NCBI RefSeq assembly: GCF_036365525.1 | Contig: NW_027140453.1 | Span: 1,426,001-1,490,000 of the forward strand | DNA length: 64,000 nucleotides | Origin: Heterodontus francisci | Taxonomy: Eukaryota | Direction: 5' to 3' | Shown here: piece after piece, positions 35,101-46,439 of the stretch | Position numbering within the stretch: the first letter of the stretch is position 1 | Layout of the letters: each line of letters begins with the position of its first letter | Program-made: the position numbers and the translations under genes | The notes under the pieces: generated by a model | Seen by the model: only the letters and a program-made list of their open reading frames with translations | Told to the model about the DNA's origin: nothing | The model's database searches: none

Positions 35101-36983
35101 TTCTGAATCCCAGTGAAATTCCTCTTGTCTTTATTTGATCCTCTCAGACTCGGGGATTCCGTCTACTCCCGAGGAACCTCCCGACTCCCAGCCTGTTTCT
35201 GATGATGGTGGGAACATTTCAGATTCTCCACATTTCAGGAATATTAAATCCCTCCTCCTGTCTCAGTCTGGCACAAATATATCAGGACCGAGGGCCTCCA
35301 AACAGCTGTGTGATCGTTCTGTGTAGGGAAACCCATCGTTCTCTCTCTCTCTCTCTGCCTTGTCTGTGCTGTCAGACAAGAGTTGCAGTCGCTTGTGTTC
35401 AGTATGAGTGGATACATTGGGAAACACAGAAACGTAAACGTCCAGAAATTCCTTCAGAAATATCTTTGAGCTTCTATCTCACATCCCTCTCTCTGTAACT
35501 CTCAGTTTTATCTCTGTCTCTCTGTTTCTCCTTTAACTGCCTTTCACACGCATATATAAATATATTTCATTTCTGTAACCGCCTCTCTCCTATGTGGCTC
35601 TCAGATTCTCCAGCTCCCTCTTTCACCTCACTCTGTCTCCCACTCTCTCTGATGTTCTGTCTCCCTGTCTGTCTCTCTGACTCTCACTTTCTCTCTCTGT
35701 CTCTCTCACAGATGCTCTTTGTCTGTCTCTCTGTCTTTGTCTTTGTCAGAGGGACAGAGAGCATCAGAGAGAGAGAGAGAGAGTGCGAGTGAGAGACAGA
35801 GACAGAGAAAAGGGCAGTGAGACCGGAGTAAACACGGAATGCAAATGATCTCGGGAGATGGAACAAGAGGCAACGGAGAAGAGAGTGCAGGATAGAGGAT
35901 GATAACACAGGGAGGGCAGATTAGAGAGAAGACGAGTTGAGATAGAGAGAATAACAGAGACAGATGAACAAACGAGTGGATGACAAACTGGAGGAAAGAG
36001 AGTTTAAATTAGAGAGGCGAGATCATTCGAAATACGTCCCGTGCCCTGTGCTAAACTCTGGGTGTGTTCAACCTGTTGATGGTGTGACTGTTGTGTTTAG
36101 ATACCAAATACAAGAGGATTAATGTGAAGATCACTTCAATGACTGATCTGGATGATGAAACTGCAAAGAGAATCGTTGTGGAGAGGGTAAGAGACTGCAC
36201 TGTACTGAGGAGAAACACGGGAGACAACAGATCCTCCCTCTCACTGTCTGTATTCACTGAATGGGAACTCCAGGTCATTATTTAAACAGCTCTAATTCCC
36301 CTCTGCTTATCTTCTGGTCCCCCAGATCAGGCTTGTGAGGGGTTGAATGGGCTTCCTCCTGAGCCTGTGTGAAAGGCTCGAGAGCGGGTGAGGGGGCTGA
36401 ATGGCCTTCTCCTGTTCCTGTGTAAGAACTCGAAAGAGGGGCTGAATGGCCTCCTCCTGTTCCTGTATAACAGACTCGAGGGGATGAATGGCCTCCTCGT
36501 TGGATGGTAATCTCTCTGATCTTCCCTCTCAATCTCCCCATTCTCTCTTTTTGTCCTTTCTATCTCTGTCTCTTTCTCTGCCTCGCTCACCCACTCTGTA
36601 TTTCTCTTTCTTTGTCTTTCTTTCTGTCTGTGTCTGTCTCTCCCTCACTGCATCTCTGACGACCTCTCGCTCTCACGCCATCTGTTTCTCTACCTCTGTC
36701 TCAATCCCTGTAGCTCTCCCACCCTCCCTCTCCATCTCTCCCTCTATCTGAGTATCTTTGCCTCACCCTGTCTCTCACTGTCTTGTCCCCACCCTCTCTC
36801 CCGATCTCTGTCTGTATCCTCTCTGTCTCTTTCTATTCACTCCTCCCCTTGCAGTAATACTCATCGTTTCTCCTCTCTGCGATGCAGATGAAGCACATGT
36901 TCCAGGATCAGTGTCCACACACGAAGCTCGAATTGGATCCAGAAGACGTTCAGTGCTCGGCTAGTGAGCCTGTGGAAGTGTGA
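23119..36983 (+). CDS. Secreted tandem-D8C (uromodulin/GP2/OIT3-like) protein lacking a ZP domain, copy 1, ~380 aa
   Basis: Hand-spliced GT-AG exons with consistent phases: 23119-23152 (MWTLLIILGYL); 25084-25228, 25381-25457, 25552-25716 (D8C-1: DPCVNHTVLDQPWRS...CDDNLAQGWYRFKSSGGWKIPDTVVPDFHCSTRATGWLQGSHPSVGQGEVTRTVC...KIKNCSSHFVYELKPPPDCNAAYCT); 28586-28730, 28883-28959, 29054-29215 (D8C-2); 29619-29714 and 35148-35207 (S/T/P/E stalk); 36101-36186; 36888-36983 (TGA). Total 1143 nt, open. The last three exons are less certain than the D8C exons. Confidence 0.85.
23190..24690. mobile_element. Two L2 LINE fragments in opposite orientation within an intron (paralog 52730-54230)
   Basis: Minus piece encodes ILLELSAVFDTIHH (L2 LDLSAAFDTVDH motif). 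Plus piece has the TSRLDYS region and an L2 tail ending AAATGCAGGTTGTTGTT. Confidence 0.7.
26040..27355 (-). mobile_element. CR1-clade LINE internal EN/RT fragment (paralog 55578-56893)
   Basis: EPTRGENILDFILTN; GPDNIPEVVLKTCAPEL; NYRPISLLSIISK; QFGFRQGHSAPD. Confidence 0.85.
26694..26788 (-). mobile_element. Short Penelope-like terminal-repeat element with minimal hammerhead motif (paralog ~56231-56325)
   Basis: Near-identical to 33739-33841; interrupts the LINE. Confidence 0.6.
27358..28480. repeat. 23-bp G-rich minisatellite (ACTGAGGGGAGTGGGATGCAGTG); paralog 56896-58018
   Basis: Tandem degenerate units in the intron between the D8C modules. Confidence 0.92.
29801..33320. repeat. 23-bp G-rich minisatellite, two sub-arrays (GGGATGCAGTG type, then GTGATACAGTG type)
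   Basis: Variant switch near 31770; source of the long His/Pro/Ser pseudo-ORFs. Confidence 0.95.
33331..33411 (+). pseudogene. Degenerate duplicate of the stalk exon (also at 63007-63087)
   Basis: TQESEEQLTRESTEVSSTT...|GTATCT aligns to exon 29619-29714 (TEEPEEQTTRESTGGSSST...|GTATCC). No usable acceptor; one nucleotide short of phase 1. Confidence 0.6.
33438..34410 (-). mobile_element. CR1 LINE RT/3' fragment (paralog 63114-63970)
   Basis: LFFLMYINDID...SADDTK; QRRFTRMVPGM...EKLGLFS.EKRRLRGDL. Confidence 0.85.
33739..33841 (-). mobile_element. 103-bp Penelope-like insertion with 10-bp target-site duplication and minimal hammerhead motif
   Basis: Flanked by TCTAGTTCTG at 33729-33738 and 33842-33851; empty site in the paralog near 63405-63414. 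Confidence 0.75.
34530..34765 (+). mobile_element. CR1 endonuclease N-terminal fragment
   Basis: CVYMDARRVVNKVVEL...YDVVAITGSWL...FRKERGGRKGEGVSVLIK (APE-type). Confidence 0.75.
36325..36500. repeat. Short tandem array of the CR1 3'-tail motif (GGGCTGAATGGCCTCCTCCTGTTCCTG)
   Basis: About four degenerate units. Confidence 0.65.
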
Positions 36984-37609
36984 AGGAGTTTGGACATGTC
37001 AACAAGCACCCGACACGTGTGATCCAGTCTCTGTGTGTTTTACATCCTCACTCAATCAGTGTACCATCTTATCTTCACCTTGTTTAACTCAAGGAAATTG
37101 TCAGCAAAGGGTTAATCTCCGACTAGAAGTATGCTAATGTTAAACTGTAATTGGTGTGTCTTTATACTGCAGGGATGTGGGAGCTTTAAGCTATTGCTTT
37201 GTTAAATAGAGAAGTACGATCCCATTTGTATACAGTGACCACTGGTCAGCTGAACCCAGACTAACCTGACAGCTCTGGCCACTTTCAGGATGAAGTGATC
37301 TCAGGTTTAATGAGGGAGTTTCTTTAAAGATCTACCATTGAGTAGAGGTCCCGAAGTTTCATGGAGCTGTCAGCACTGAGAATTGGGGCAAGGAAAACAG
37401 TTCGTCCTTGTCCAAGGAGAACCTCAGGGTCGATAACATCTTTTAAATTGAGGGTTCATGCAGAATGGGGGATCGGTTGATGCTGAACTTTGCAGAATCA
37501 AAATATATTGAAAAGGAAAGCTTTCATTGAGTACAAAGCATTTATGTGTGGCATATGTCAAATGTTTAATAACAAAGGAAGGGAGTTGTACTGAGCTCAG
37601 GAACCTAAT

Positions 37610-38145
37610 GCTGACAACACTCCATCTCAATAACACCTCTGTGAATGCTTCCATTGTCTCTGCTCTGCCACACTGCTTGTCTAACATCCAATACTGGATG
37701 AGCAGCTATTTTCTCCTACTAAATATTGGGAAGACTGAAGCCATTGTCTGTGGTCCCCAACACAAATGTCATTCTTGGACCACCGACACCATCTCTGGTA
37801 CCTGTCTGAAACTGATCAAGACAGTTTTCAGCCTTTGTTGTTGTGTTTGACCCCGAGATGAGTTTTCGACCACATTTCCACACCATCACCAAGACTGTCC
37901 ATTTTGCACCTCCATACCATCTCTCGACTCCGCCCCTGCTTCAGCTCATCTGCTGCTGAAACCCTCATCCGTGCCTCTGTTACCTCCAGACTGGACTATT
38001 CCAATACTCTCCTGGCCAAGCTCACATCTTTCACACTTCCTGATCTTATCCTCATACAAACATTTGCTGCCTGTGTCTTAACTCACTCCGAACCCTGTTC
38101 ACCCATAACCCCTGGAACTATTGCCATTCACTGACTCCCTGCTCC
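37610..38145 (+). mobile_element. L2 LINE fragment
   Basis: CLSNIQYWMSSYFLLLNIGKTEAI; SSSAAETLIRASVTSRLDYSNTLLA. Confidence 0.8.
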
Positions 38146-39628
38146 TCTTCAATTTCCCAATATTAACATCCTGATCAGTCTGTTGAACTGTTGTGAAAGG
38201 ACTCATTGGTCACAACTCTCTAGTGTAACGATGTAATACGTCTGCAATAAGTGAACATGGCTGCGTATCTTCCATTGATGGACATTCAGACAAGGAGAGC
38301 TGCAGCTTGGAAAGGGCTTTTAACGTGTTTGACTCCCTGAACACCCAGTGTGATTGCAAATCTGATTGTAAACCGTGTGTTTAAAGTTTTATTGCATTCT
38401 CTGTCTGCTCAATATATCTATGAACGCTAAACCTGACCGTCTCAAGAAGATTATTGATTTTGCTGGAATGGATTTCCCATCTGATCATGGAAATCCAGTG
38501 TTTTCTTGTTCTGGGAGGGAACACGCACTGTTAAATGATTGCTGAGGGCTGGGATCAGAAGGGATGTGACTGGACGTAGTGGGTCTGCCCAGCATTCCCC
38601 AAACCTTGTGCTACTCCATTCTATTCTGGTCAGTGCTTCCATCCAGCTCACTTGAGGACTCACAGAGGAAAATGAGAAATCCTGGCAACAGGAGTGGACC
38701 ATTCGGCCCATTCGAGCTTGCTGTTGACGTGATGAACCTGGCCCTTCAAAAGCCATTTGATACAGTTCTACACAACAGACTTGTGAGCAAACATGTAGTT
38801 CATTGAATAAAAGGGATGGTAACAACATGCATATAAAACTGGCTGAGTGACAGGAAACTGAGAATAGTGATTAATGGATGTTTTTCGGACTGGAGAAAGG
38901 TTTGTAGTGGAGTTCCCCAGGGATCAGTGTTGGGACCCTTGCTTTTCCTGATATATATTAATGTCCTAGACCTCGGTGTACAGGGCACAATTTCAAAATT
39001 TGCAGATGAGACGAAACTTGGAAGCATTGTGAACTGTGAGGAGGATAGTGTAGAACTTCAAAAGGACATAGACAAGTTGGTGGAATGGGCGGACAAGTGA
39101 CAGATGAGGTTCAATGTGGGGAAATGTGAAGTGATTAATTTTGGGAGGAAGACCATGGAGAGACAATATAGAATAGAGGTTACGATTCTAAAGAGGGTGC
39201 AGGAGCAGAGAGACCTGGATGCATTTGTGCATAAGTCATTGAAGGTGGCAGGACAGGTTGAGAGAGTGGTTCATAAAGTATACAGTATCCTGGGCTTTAT
39301 TAATAGTGGCACAGATTATTAGAGCAACGAAGTTATTTTGAACTTGTGCAAGGCACTAGTTCGTCCTCAGCTAGAGTATTGCCTCCAGTTTTGGGTGCTG
39401 CACTTGAGAAAAGATGTGAGGGCATTGGAGAGAGTACAGACGAGATTCACAAGAATGGTTCCAGGGATGAGGAATTTCAGTTATGAAGATAGATTCGAGA
39501 AGTTAGGGCTGTTTTCCTTGGAGAAGAGAAGGCAGAGAGGTGATTTGAGAGAGATATTCAAAATCATGAGGGGTCTGGACAGAGTAGATAGAGAGAAACT
39601 GTTCCCACTGGTGAAAGGATCAAGACCA

Positions 39629-42370
39629 GGGCGCACAGTGATGCAGTGGTTAGCACTGCAGCCTCACAGCTCCAGCGACCCGGGTTCGATTCTGGGTACT
39701 GCCTGTGCGGAGTTTGCAAGTTCTCCCTGTGACCGTGTGGGTTTCTGCTGGCTGCTCTGTTTTCCTCCCACAGCAATGACTTGCAGGTTGATAGGTAAAT
39801 TGGCCCTTGGAAATTGCCCCGAGTGTAGGTAGGTGATAGGGAATATGCAGGGTTAGTCTTAATGGGTGGTTGTTATGGACTGCGACACCGACCAGCCCCT
39901 GGTGTGCAGCAAGGTTAGACTCAAACCAAAGAAGCTGCATCACTCCAAGCAGAAGGGCTGCCCACGCATCAACACTGGCAGAATTTCTCATCCACAGCGG
40001 TTACATAAGATTCTAAATTCACTTGGAAAGCCCTTCAAAACACACCCACAGGGGATGCAGAGACCAAATGGGTGCACATCAGAGACGCCATCTATGAACC
40101 AGCAATGACCACCTATGGCAAATGTGTGAAGCGGAATGCAGACTGGTTTCAATCTCACATTGAAGAGCTGGAACCTGTCATAGCCACTAAGCGCATTACA
40201 CTGCTGAACTACACGAAAGCCCCCAGCGAGTTAACATCCGCAGCACTTAAAGCAGCCAGAAGCGCTGCGCAAATGACTACTGGCAACACCTATGCAGTCA
40301 TATTCAGCTGGGCTCGGACACTGGAAATATCAGAGGAATGTATGATGGCATGAAGAGAACTTTTGGGCCAACCATCAAGAAGATCACCCCTATCAAATCT
40401 GAATCAGGGGACACAATTACTGACCAACGCAAGCAAATGGACCGCTGGGTGGTTCACTACCTAGAACTGTACTCCAGGGAAAATGTTGTCACTGATACCA
40501 CCCTCAATGCAGCCCAGTCTCTGCCAGTCATGGATGAGCTGGACGTACAGCCAACAAAATCGGAACTCGGTGATGCCATTGATTCTCTAGCCAGTGGAAA
40601 AGCCCTGGGAAAGGATAGCATTACCCCTGAAATAATCAAGAGTGCCAAGCCTGCTGTACTGTCAGCACTGTACGAAGTGCTTTGCCTGTGCTGGGACGAG
40701 GGAGCAGTACCACAGGACATGCGCGATGCCAATATCATCACCCTCTATATGAACAAGGGTGACCACAGTGACTGCAACAACTACCGTGGAATCTCTCTGC
40801 TCAGCATAGCAGGGAAAGTCTTCGCTCGAGTCGAATTAAACAGGCTCCAGAAGCTGGCTGAGCATGTCTACCCTGAGGCACAGTGAGGCTTTCGAGCAGA
40901 GAGATCCACTATTGACATGCTGTTCTCCCTTCGCCAGCTACAGGAGAAATGCTGTGAACAACAGATGCCCATCTACATTGCTTTCATTGATCTCACCAAA
41001 GCCTTTGACCTCCTCAGCAGACGTGGTCTCTTCAGACTACTAGAAAAGATTGGATGTCCACCAAAGCTACTAAGTATCATCACCTCATTCCATGACAATA
41101 TGAAAGGCACAATTCAGCACAGCGGCGCCTCATCAGACCCCTTTCCTATCCTGAGTGGCGTGAAACAGGGCTGTGTTCTCGCACCCACACTGTTCCTCAT
41201 CTTCTTCTCCCTGCTGCTCTCACATGCGTTCAGAAGAAGGAACTTTCCTCCACGCAAGATCACGTGGCAGGTTGTTCAACCTTGCCCGTCTAAGAGCGAA
41301 GACCAAAGTACAGAAAGTCCTCATCAGGGAACTCCTCTTTGCTGACGATGCTGCTTTAACATCTCACACTGAAGAGTGCCTGCAGAGACACATCGACAGG
41401 ATTGCGGCTGCCTGCAACGAATTTGACCTAACCATCATCCTCAAGAAAACGAACATCATGGGACAGGACGTCAGAAATGTTCCATCCATCAATATCGGCG
41501 ACCATGCTTTGGAAGTGCTTCAAGAGTTCACCGACCTAGGCTCAACTATCACCAGTAACCTGTCTCTCGATGCAGAAATCAACAAGCGCATGGGAAAGGC
41601 TTCCTCTGCTGTGCCCAGACTGGCCAAGAGAGTGTGGGAAAATGGCGCACTGACACAGAACACAAAAGTCCAAGTGTATCAAGCCTGTGTCCTCAGTACC
41701 TTCCTGCATGGCAGCGAGGCCTGGACAACGTATGTCAGCCAAGAGCGACGCCTCAATTCATTCCATCTTCGCTGCCTCCGGAGAATCCTTGGCATCAGGA
41801 CCGTATCTCCAACACAGACGTTCTCGAGACGACCAACATCCCCAGCATATAAGCCAGCGGAGCCTCAGATGGCTTGGCCATGTGAGCCGCATGGAAGATG
41901 GCAGGATCCCCAAGGACACATTGTACAGCGAGCTCGTCACTGGTATCAGACCCACCAGATGTCCATGTCTCCACTTTAAAGACGTCTGCAAATGCGACAT
42001 GAAGTCCTGTGACACTGATCACAAGTCGTGGGAGTCAGTTGCCAGCGATCGCCAGAGCTGGCAGACAACCATAAAGGTGGGTCTGAAGAGTGGCGAGTTG
42101 GAGAGACTTAGCAGTTGGCAGGAAAAAAGACAGAAGCGCAAGGAGAGAGCCAACTGTGTAACAGCCCCGACAACCAATTTTATATGTAGCACCTGTGGAA
42201 GAGTCTGTCACTCTCGAATTGTCCTTTATAGCCACTCCAGGCGCTGCTCCACAAACCACTGACCACCTTCAGGCGCTTACCCATTGTCTTTGAGACAAGG
42301 AGGCCAAAGAAGAAGTTCGGCATGACTGGGTGGGCCGAAGGGTCTGTTTCAATGCTGTATCTCTAATAAA
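39629..42370 (+). mobile_element. V-SINE (39629-39877 and 42315-42370) split by an RTE LINE
   Basis: SINE head/core, then the SINE tail GGGCCGAAGGGTCTGTTTC resumes after the RTE. Confidence 0.8.
39878..42314 (+). mobile_element. 5'-truncated RTE-clade LINE with disrupted RT ORF
   Basis: NNYRGISLLSIAGKVFAR; FIDLTKAFD; SGVKQGCVLAPTLF; ELLFADDAAL; C-terminal CSTCGRVCHSRIVLYSHSRRC; (GAA)n tail; several stops and frameshifts. Confidence 0.9.
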
Positions 42371-43659
42371 TATTAAACGAGAGGACACAGATTTGCAATA
42401 TTTGGTAAGAGAAGCAAAAGTGACATGAGGAAAAACTTTTCACACAGCGAGTCTGGAATGCGCTGCCTGAGAACGTGGTGGAGGAAGGTTCAATTGAAGC
42501 ATTCAAAAGGGAATTAGACAGTTATATGAAAAGGAAGAATATGCATGGTGAAAGGAGGAAGCCGGGGGAATGGACCTGAGGGAGTTGCTCTTTCAGAGAG
42601 CCGGTGGGGCATGATGGGCTGAATGGCCTCCTTCTGCATTATCACAGTTCTATGATTGTTATGAGGAAAGGTTGAAGAGGTTGGCCAAATCGACTCAACT
42701 CAAAGGTTGAGTCTGTGGAACTCGGTTCCCCGGAGAGCATCGGAGGCTGGGCCACTGAATATATTCAAGCTTGAGTTGGACAGATTTTTGATCTACAAGG
42801 GAGTCAGAGTTATAGGGGGAAGACAGGAAAGTGGATTTAAAGCTACAATCAGATCAGCCATGATCTTATAGAATGGCTGAGCAGGCTCGAGGGGCCAACA
42901 AACACGCAATGATATCAGTTCAACTCCTGTTGAGTTAATTGCTGATATCAGGAATGGCTCTGTCACTGAACCCCCTCACTGTTCATACACAGAGCAGACT
43001 TCTCAACCTCTGCTTATAGGATAATCCCCACATATCCCTTCCACTGTTTGCAACAGGCAAGGTACGGGCCGTACCTCACCAGCCCATGCTTGCAAAACTA
43101 AATACACAGTTTCCAACATGAGATGTGATTCTGCAAATGGACAACATTTGCTAAATAATCCTCACTGTGCTAAGAATTACACTGACAGAAAATTTAAAAT
43201 TGGCATTCTTGCGGATTGTCCTGGTGAGTGCAAGGTGAAGAGCTTTGACAACATGTCGCTATTTTCGGCAATACTCAAGTTCTGTACTTCCAAACGACTA
43301 CCTCAATGACATCACCCTTTAAATTCCTCTACTCAAGGGAATATGACACATGACCATGTGATAGAACAGAGAAGGCAGAGATTGACTTAATAGCTAACTA
43401 ATAGCTTGGCAGCATTTGATGGGACAGTGTAGATGGAGCTTTTCTCTGTATCCCTGCAATTTAGAAGGTTAAGGGGTGATCTGATCAATGTTTGAAGTGG
43501 TGCATGGGGTGCCAATCAAGTGGGCTGCTTTGTCCTGGATGGTGTCGAGCTTCTGGAGTGTTCTGTAGAGGGACAGAGTGTATACAACATTGGATAAGGG
43601 ACAGAACACAGAGAGTAGTGGTGAATGGTTGGTTCAGACTGGAGGTCCGAATCTATCCC

Positions 43660-44260
43660 TGAAATAATCTTATGCACTTCTATTCACTCTTCCCACAATC
43701 TCCTTTCCTCTATGGAGACCAAACCCAGCTTTTCCAACCTAACTTTGTCGCTAAAATCCCTCATCCCTGGAACCATTCTGCTAAATCTCCTCTGCAACCT
43801 CTCAAGGACTATCCCCTCCTTCCTAAAGTGTGGTGACCAGAACTGGACACAATTCTCCAATTGGGGCCTAACCAGAGCTTTATAAATGTTCAGCATAACC
43901 TCCCTGCTTTTGTACTCACTGTATACAGTGTACATTGTGGTACAAGGGTATTCCCCAGTGGTTTGGATTAGGACCACTGATCTTTTTGATATATATTAAT
44001 GACTTGGACTTGGGTTTACAGGGCATAACTTCAACATTGTGCCATCTGCAATGTAACAAACAGGGAAGGGAATAGTAGTAGATTTCAGTTGGATAGAGGC
44101 AGTCTGGTGAAATGATCAGACTCATGGCAGGTTAACTTCAATGCTGAGAAATGTAAAATGATGCATTTTGGAAGGAAGGCTGAGAAGAAGCGATATAAAC
44201 TAAATGGTATCATGTTAAAATGGGTGCAGGGACAAAGAGATCTGGGATTTCATTTGTGTC
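43660..44260. mobile_element. CR1 fragments in both orientations
   Basis: YKALVRPQLENCVQFWSPHFRKE on -; degenerate RT on +. Confidence 0.7.
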
Positions 44261-44992
44261 ACTTTTTATATCTTAAAGATTCAATTTGGGGCTTGCAATC
44301 TGTAAGTTGAATCTAGCTTCATCCCGAAAAGTGTTAACAAACGTGTTGGGAAATGTGTCAAAAGCTGTTTCCATTCAGACATTCCTGCATTGTGGAAGTT
44401 TGAGCTATCTTTGCAGAGACAGGAAATACGGGTGTTTGAATGGACCAGCAGGTTTTGGTTGATGCAATAAGGTGAGAATTTGAATTGTTTCCCTTGCAGA
44501 TCCACAGAATTGAAGGTATTTACAGAACACCACATGAAGTAGTTTATCAATGTCTGACAAACTTCAAAGACTTCAGACACATGGAAGAAGAGGAGAAGGG
44601 AACAATATACAAAACCTGAGACAGTCAGACAACAGCAGTAGGAAAATGAATCGCTTTTTATGTGTTTTAATTTGAAGGCCTGAACTGATGATTGTAAAAG
44701 CAGGAGTTCAAATCCCACACTGGGCTGTTGTGAATTTGAATTCTGTTTTTTCAAAAAGAAACATCAATCTGGAATTAAAAAACCTCTAGGATGGAATGAT
44801 TCACTCCTGTCTACTAGTGCAAAGCCCGTGTGTATCTCAGTTTTGCTGCATTCATGAACGATTTAAGATGATGGGGTAGAATGACACCAATGACACAAAA
44901 ATAGGCAGCGTTGTAAGCAGTGTAGCTGGAAGCATCAAATTACAAAGAGATAATAATATCTTAAATAAATGGGCAAAACTGTGGTAGATAGA

Positions 44993-45337
44993 TTAGAGAT
45001 ACAGCACTGAAACAGGCCCTTCGGCCCACCGAGTCTGTGCAGAACATCAACCACCCATTTATACTAATCCTACACTAATCCCATATTCCTACCAAACATC
45101 CCCACCTGTCCCTATATTTCCCTACCACCTACCTACACTAGTGACAATTTATAATGGCCAATTTACCTATCAACCTGCATGTCTTTTTGGCTTGTGGGAG
45201 GAAACCGGAGCACCCGGAGAAAACCCACGCAGACACAGGGAGAACTTGCAAACTCCACACAGGCAGTACCCGGAATCGAACCGGGTCCCTGGAGCTGTGA
45301 GGCTGCGGTGCTAACCACTGCGCCACTGTGCCGCCCT
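44993..45337 (-). mobile_element. Full-length V-SINE (HE1-like)
   Basis: GGGCGGCACAGTGGCGCAGTGGTTAGCACCGCAGCC head, V-core, CR1-like tail. Confidence 0.9.
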
Positions 45338-45631
45338 AATTGATAGATTTCAATGTCGGTAAAAAATACCAGAGCAGAGTACTTTACAAATGCTGAAAAA
45401 CAAGAAACACTGGTGGTCCAAAGAGACTTGGGGGGTCCATGTCCATTTGAGTGCAGTGTAGATTTACCAGAATGATAACTGGACTCAAAGGGATAAATTA
45501 CGAGGTGATATTACACAAACTGGGGATTTATTCCCTGAAAGTTAGGAGGATCAAGGTGATTTGTTCAAAGTTGTTGAGATATTAAGGGGAACTGATGGGG
45601 TAGTTTTGGAGAAAGTATTTCAGCAGCTTGG

Positions 45632-46089
45632 GAACATAGGAACAGGAGTAGGCCATTCAGCCCATCGAGCCTGCTCCACCATCCAATACTATCATGGCTG
45701 ATCATCCATTTCAATGCCTTTTCCCCAGGCTATCCTCATATCCCTTTATGTCATTGGTATTTAGAAATCTGTCAATCTCTGCTTTAGACATACTCAATGA
45801 CTGAGCTTCCACAGCCCTCTGGGGTAGAGAATTCCAAAGATTCACAACCCTCTGAGGAAAGACATTTCTCCTCATCTCCGTCCTAAGTGGCTTCCCCCTT
45901 ATTTTGAAATTGTGTCCCCTGGTTCTAGACTCCCGAACCAAAGGAGACATCTTACCTGCATCGAACCTGTCTATCCCTTTATGTATTTTGTATATTTCAA
46001 TAAGATCACCTCTCATTCTTCTGAATCCCAATGAGTACAGGCCCAACCTGTTCAACCATTCCTTAGAAGACAACCCCATTATCCCAGGA
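45632..46089 (-). mobile_element. CR1 3' fragment abutting truncated V7
   Basis: LNRLGLYSLGFRRMRGDLIEIYKI...FPQRVVNLWNSLPQ. Confidence 0.85.
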
Positions 46090-46439
46090 GTAAAACATCA
46101 GCCGCGGCTCCTTCGCCTGTCCTGTCTGTACCAGAACATGGAACCGTTACCCTCACCCTCCACACGACACTCCAGTCCTACTCCCTCCCTAGGAAGTCTG
46201 GAGATGGCGGTGGAAGCTGACGGACCCTCGCTGAGATCGTGCCTGGGGGAAGAGACAGGGAGAGAAGAAGATCAGTGAACAGGGACAATCTGGAATGTGA
46301 GGAATGAAGGAAGGAGAGAAAGATAGAGAGAAAGACAATAAGAAAGAGAGCTGTTAGCACAAACAATGGGGGTGTGGGGTGGTGGTGAGAAAGATCCCTT
46401 ACTTTGAAATAAGACCATGAGACTCAGTAACAGATACAT
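46087..46439 (-). pseudogene. TCR V pseudogene V7 (paralog of V4; 3' half and RSS replaced by CR1 sequence)
   Basis: Leader 46439..46403 encodes the same peptide as V4. Intron, then V exon from 46242 to ...LMFYS, then CR1 sequence. Carries the V4 FR2 frameshift plus an extra FR1 frameshift. Confidence 0.85.

Larger units (their letters stand above)
38730..42660 (+). mobile_element. CR1 LINE (38730-39628 and 42375-42660) split by a nested SINE and RTE
   Basis: SGVPQGSVLGPLLFLIYIN...KFADETKL; sequence resumes at GAGAGGACACAGATTT after the insert. Confidence 0.85.

Noticed and set aside
35750-35788. Possible 39-nt phase-1 exon (EGQRASERERESA) in the D8C gene
   Set aside because: AG/GT and phase fit, but it lies in an AG microsatellite; left out of the model without transcript evidence.
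45290-45337. tRNA-like sequence and CACAGTG in SINE heads (also near 10221 and 39629)
   Set aside because: Part of the tRNA-derived SINE head; not a tRNA gene, and no nonamer at RSS spacing.
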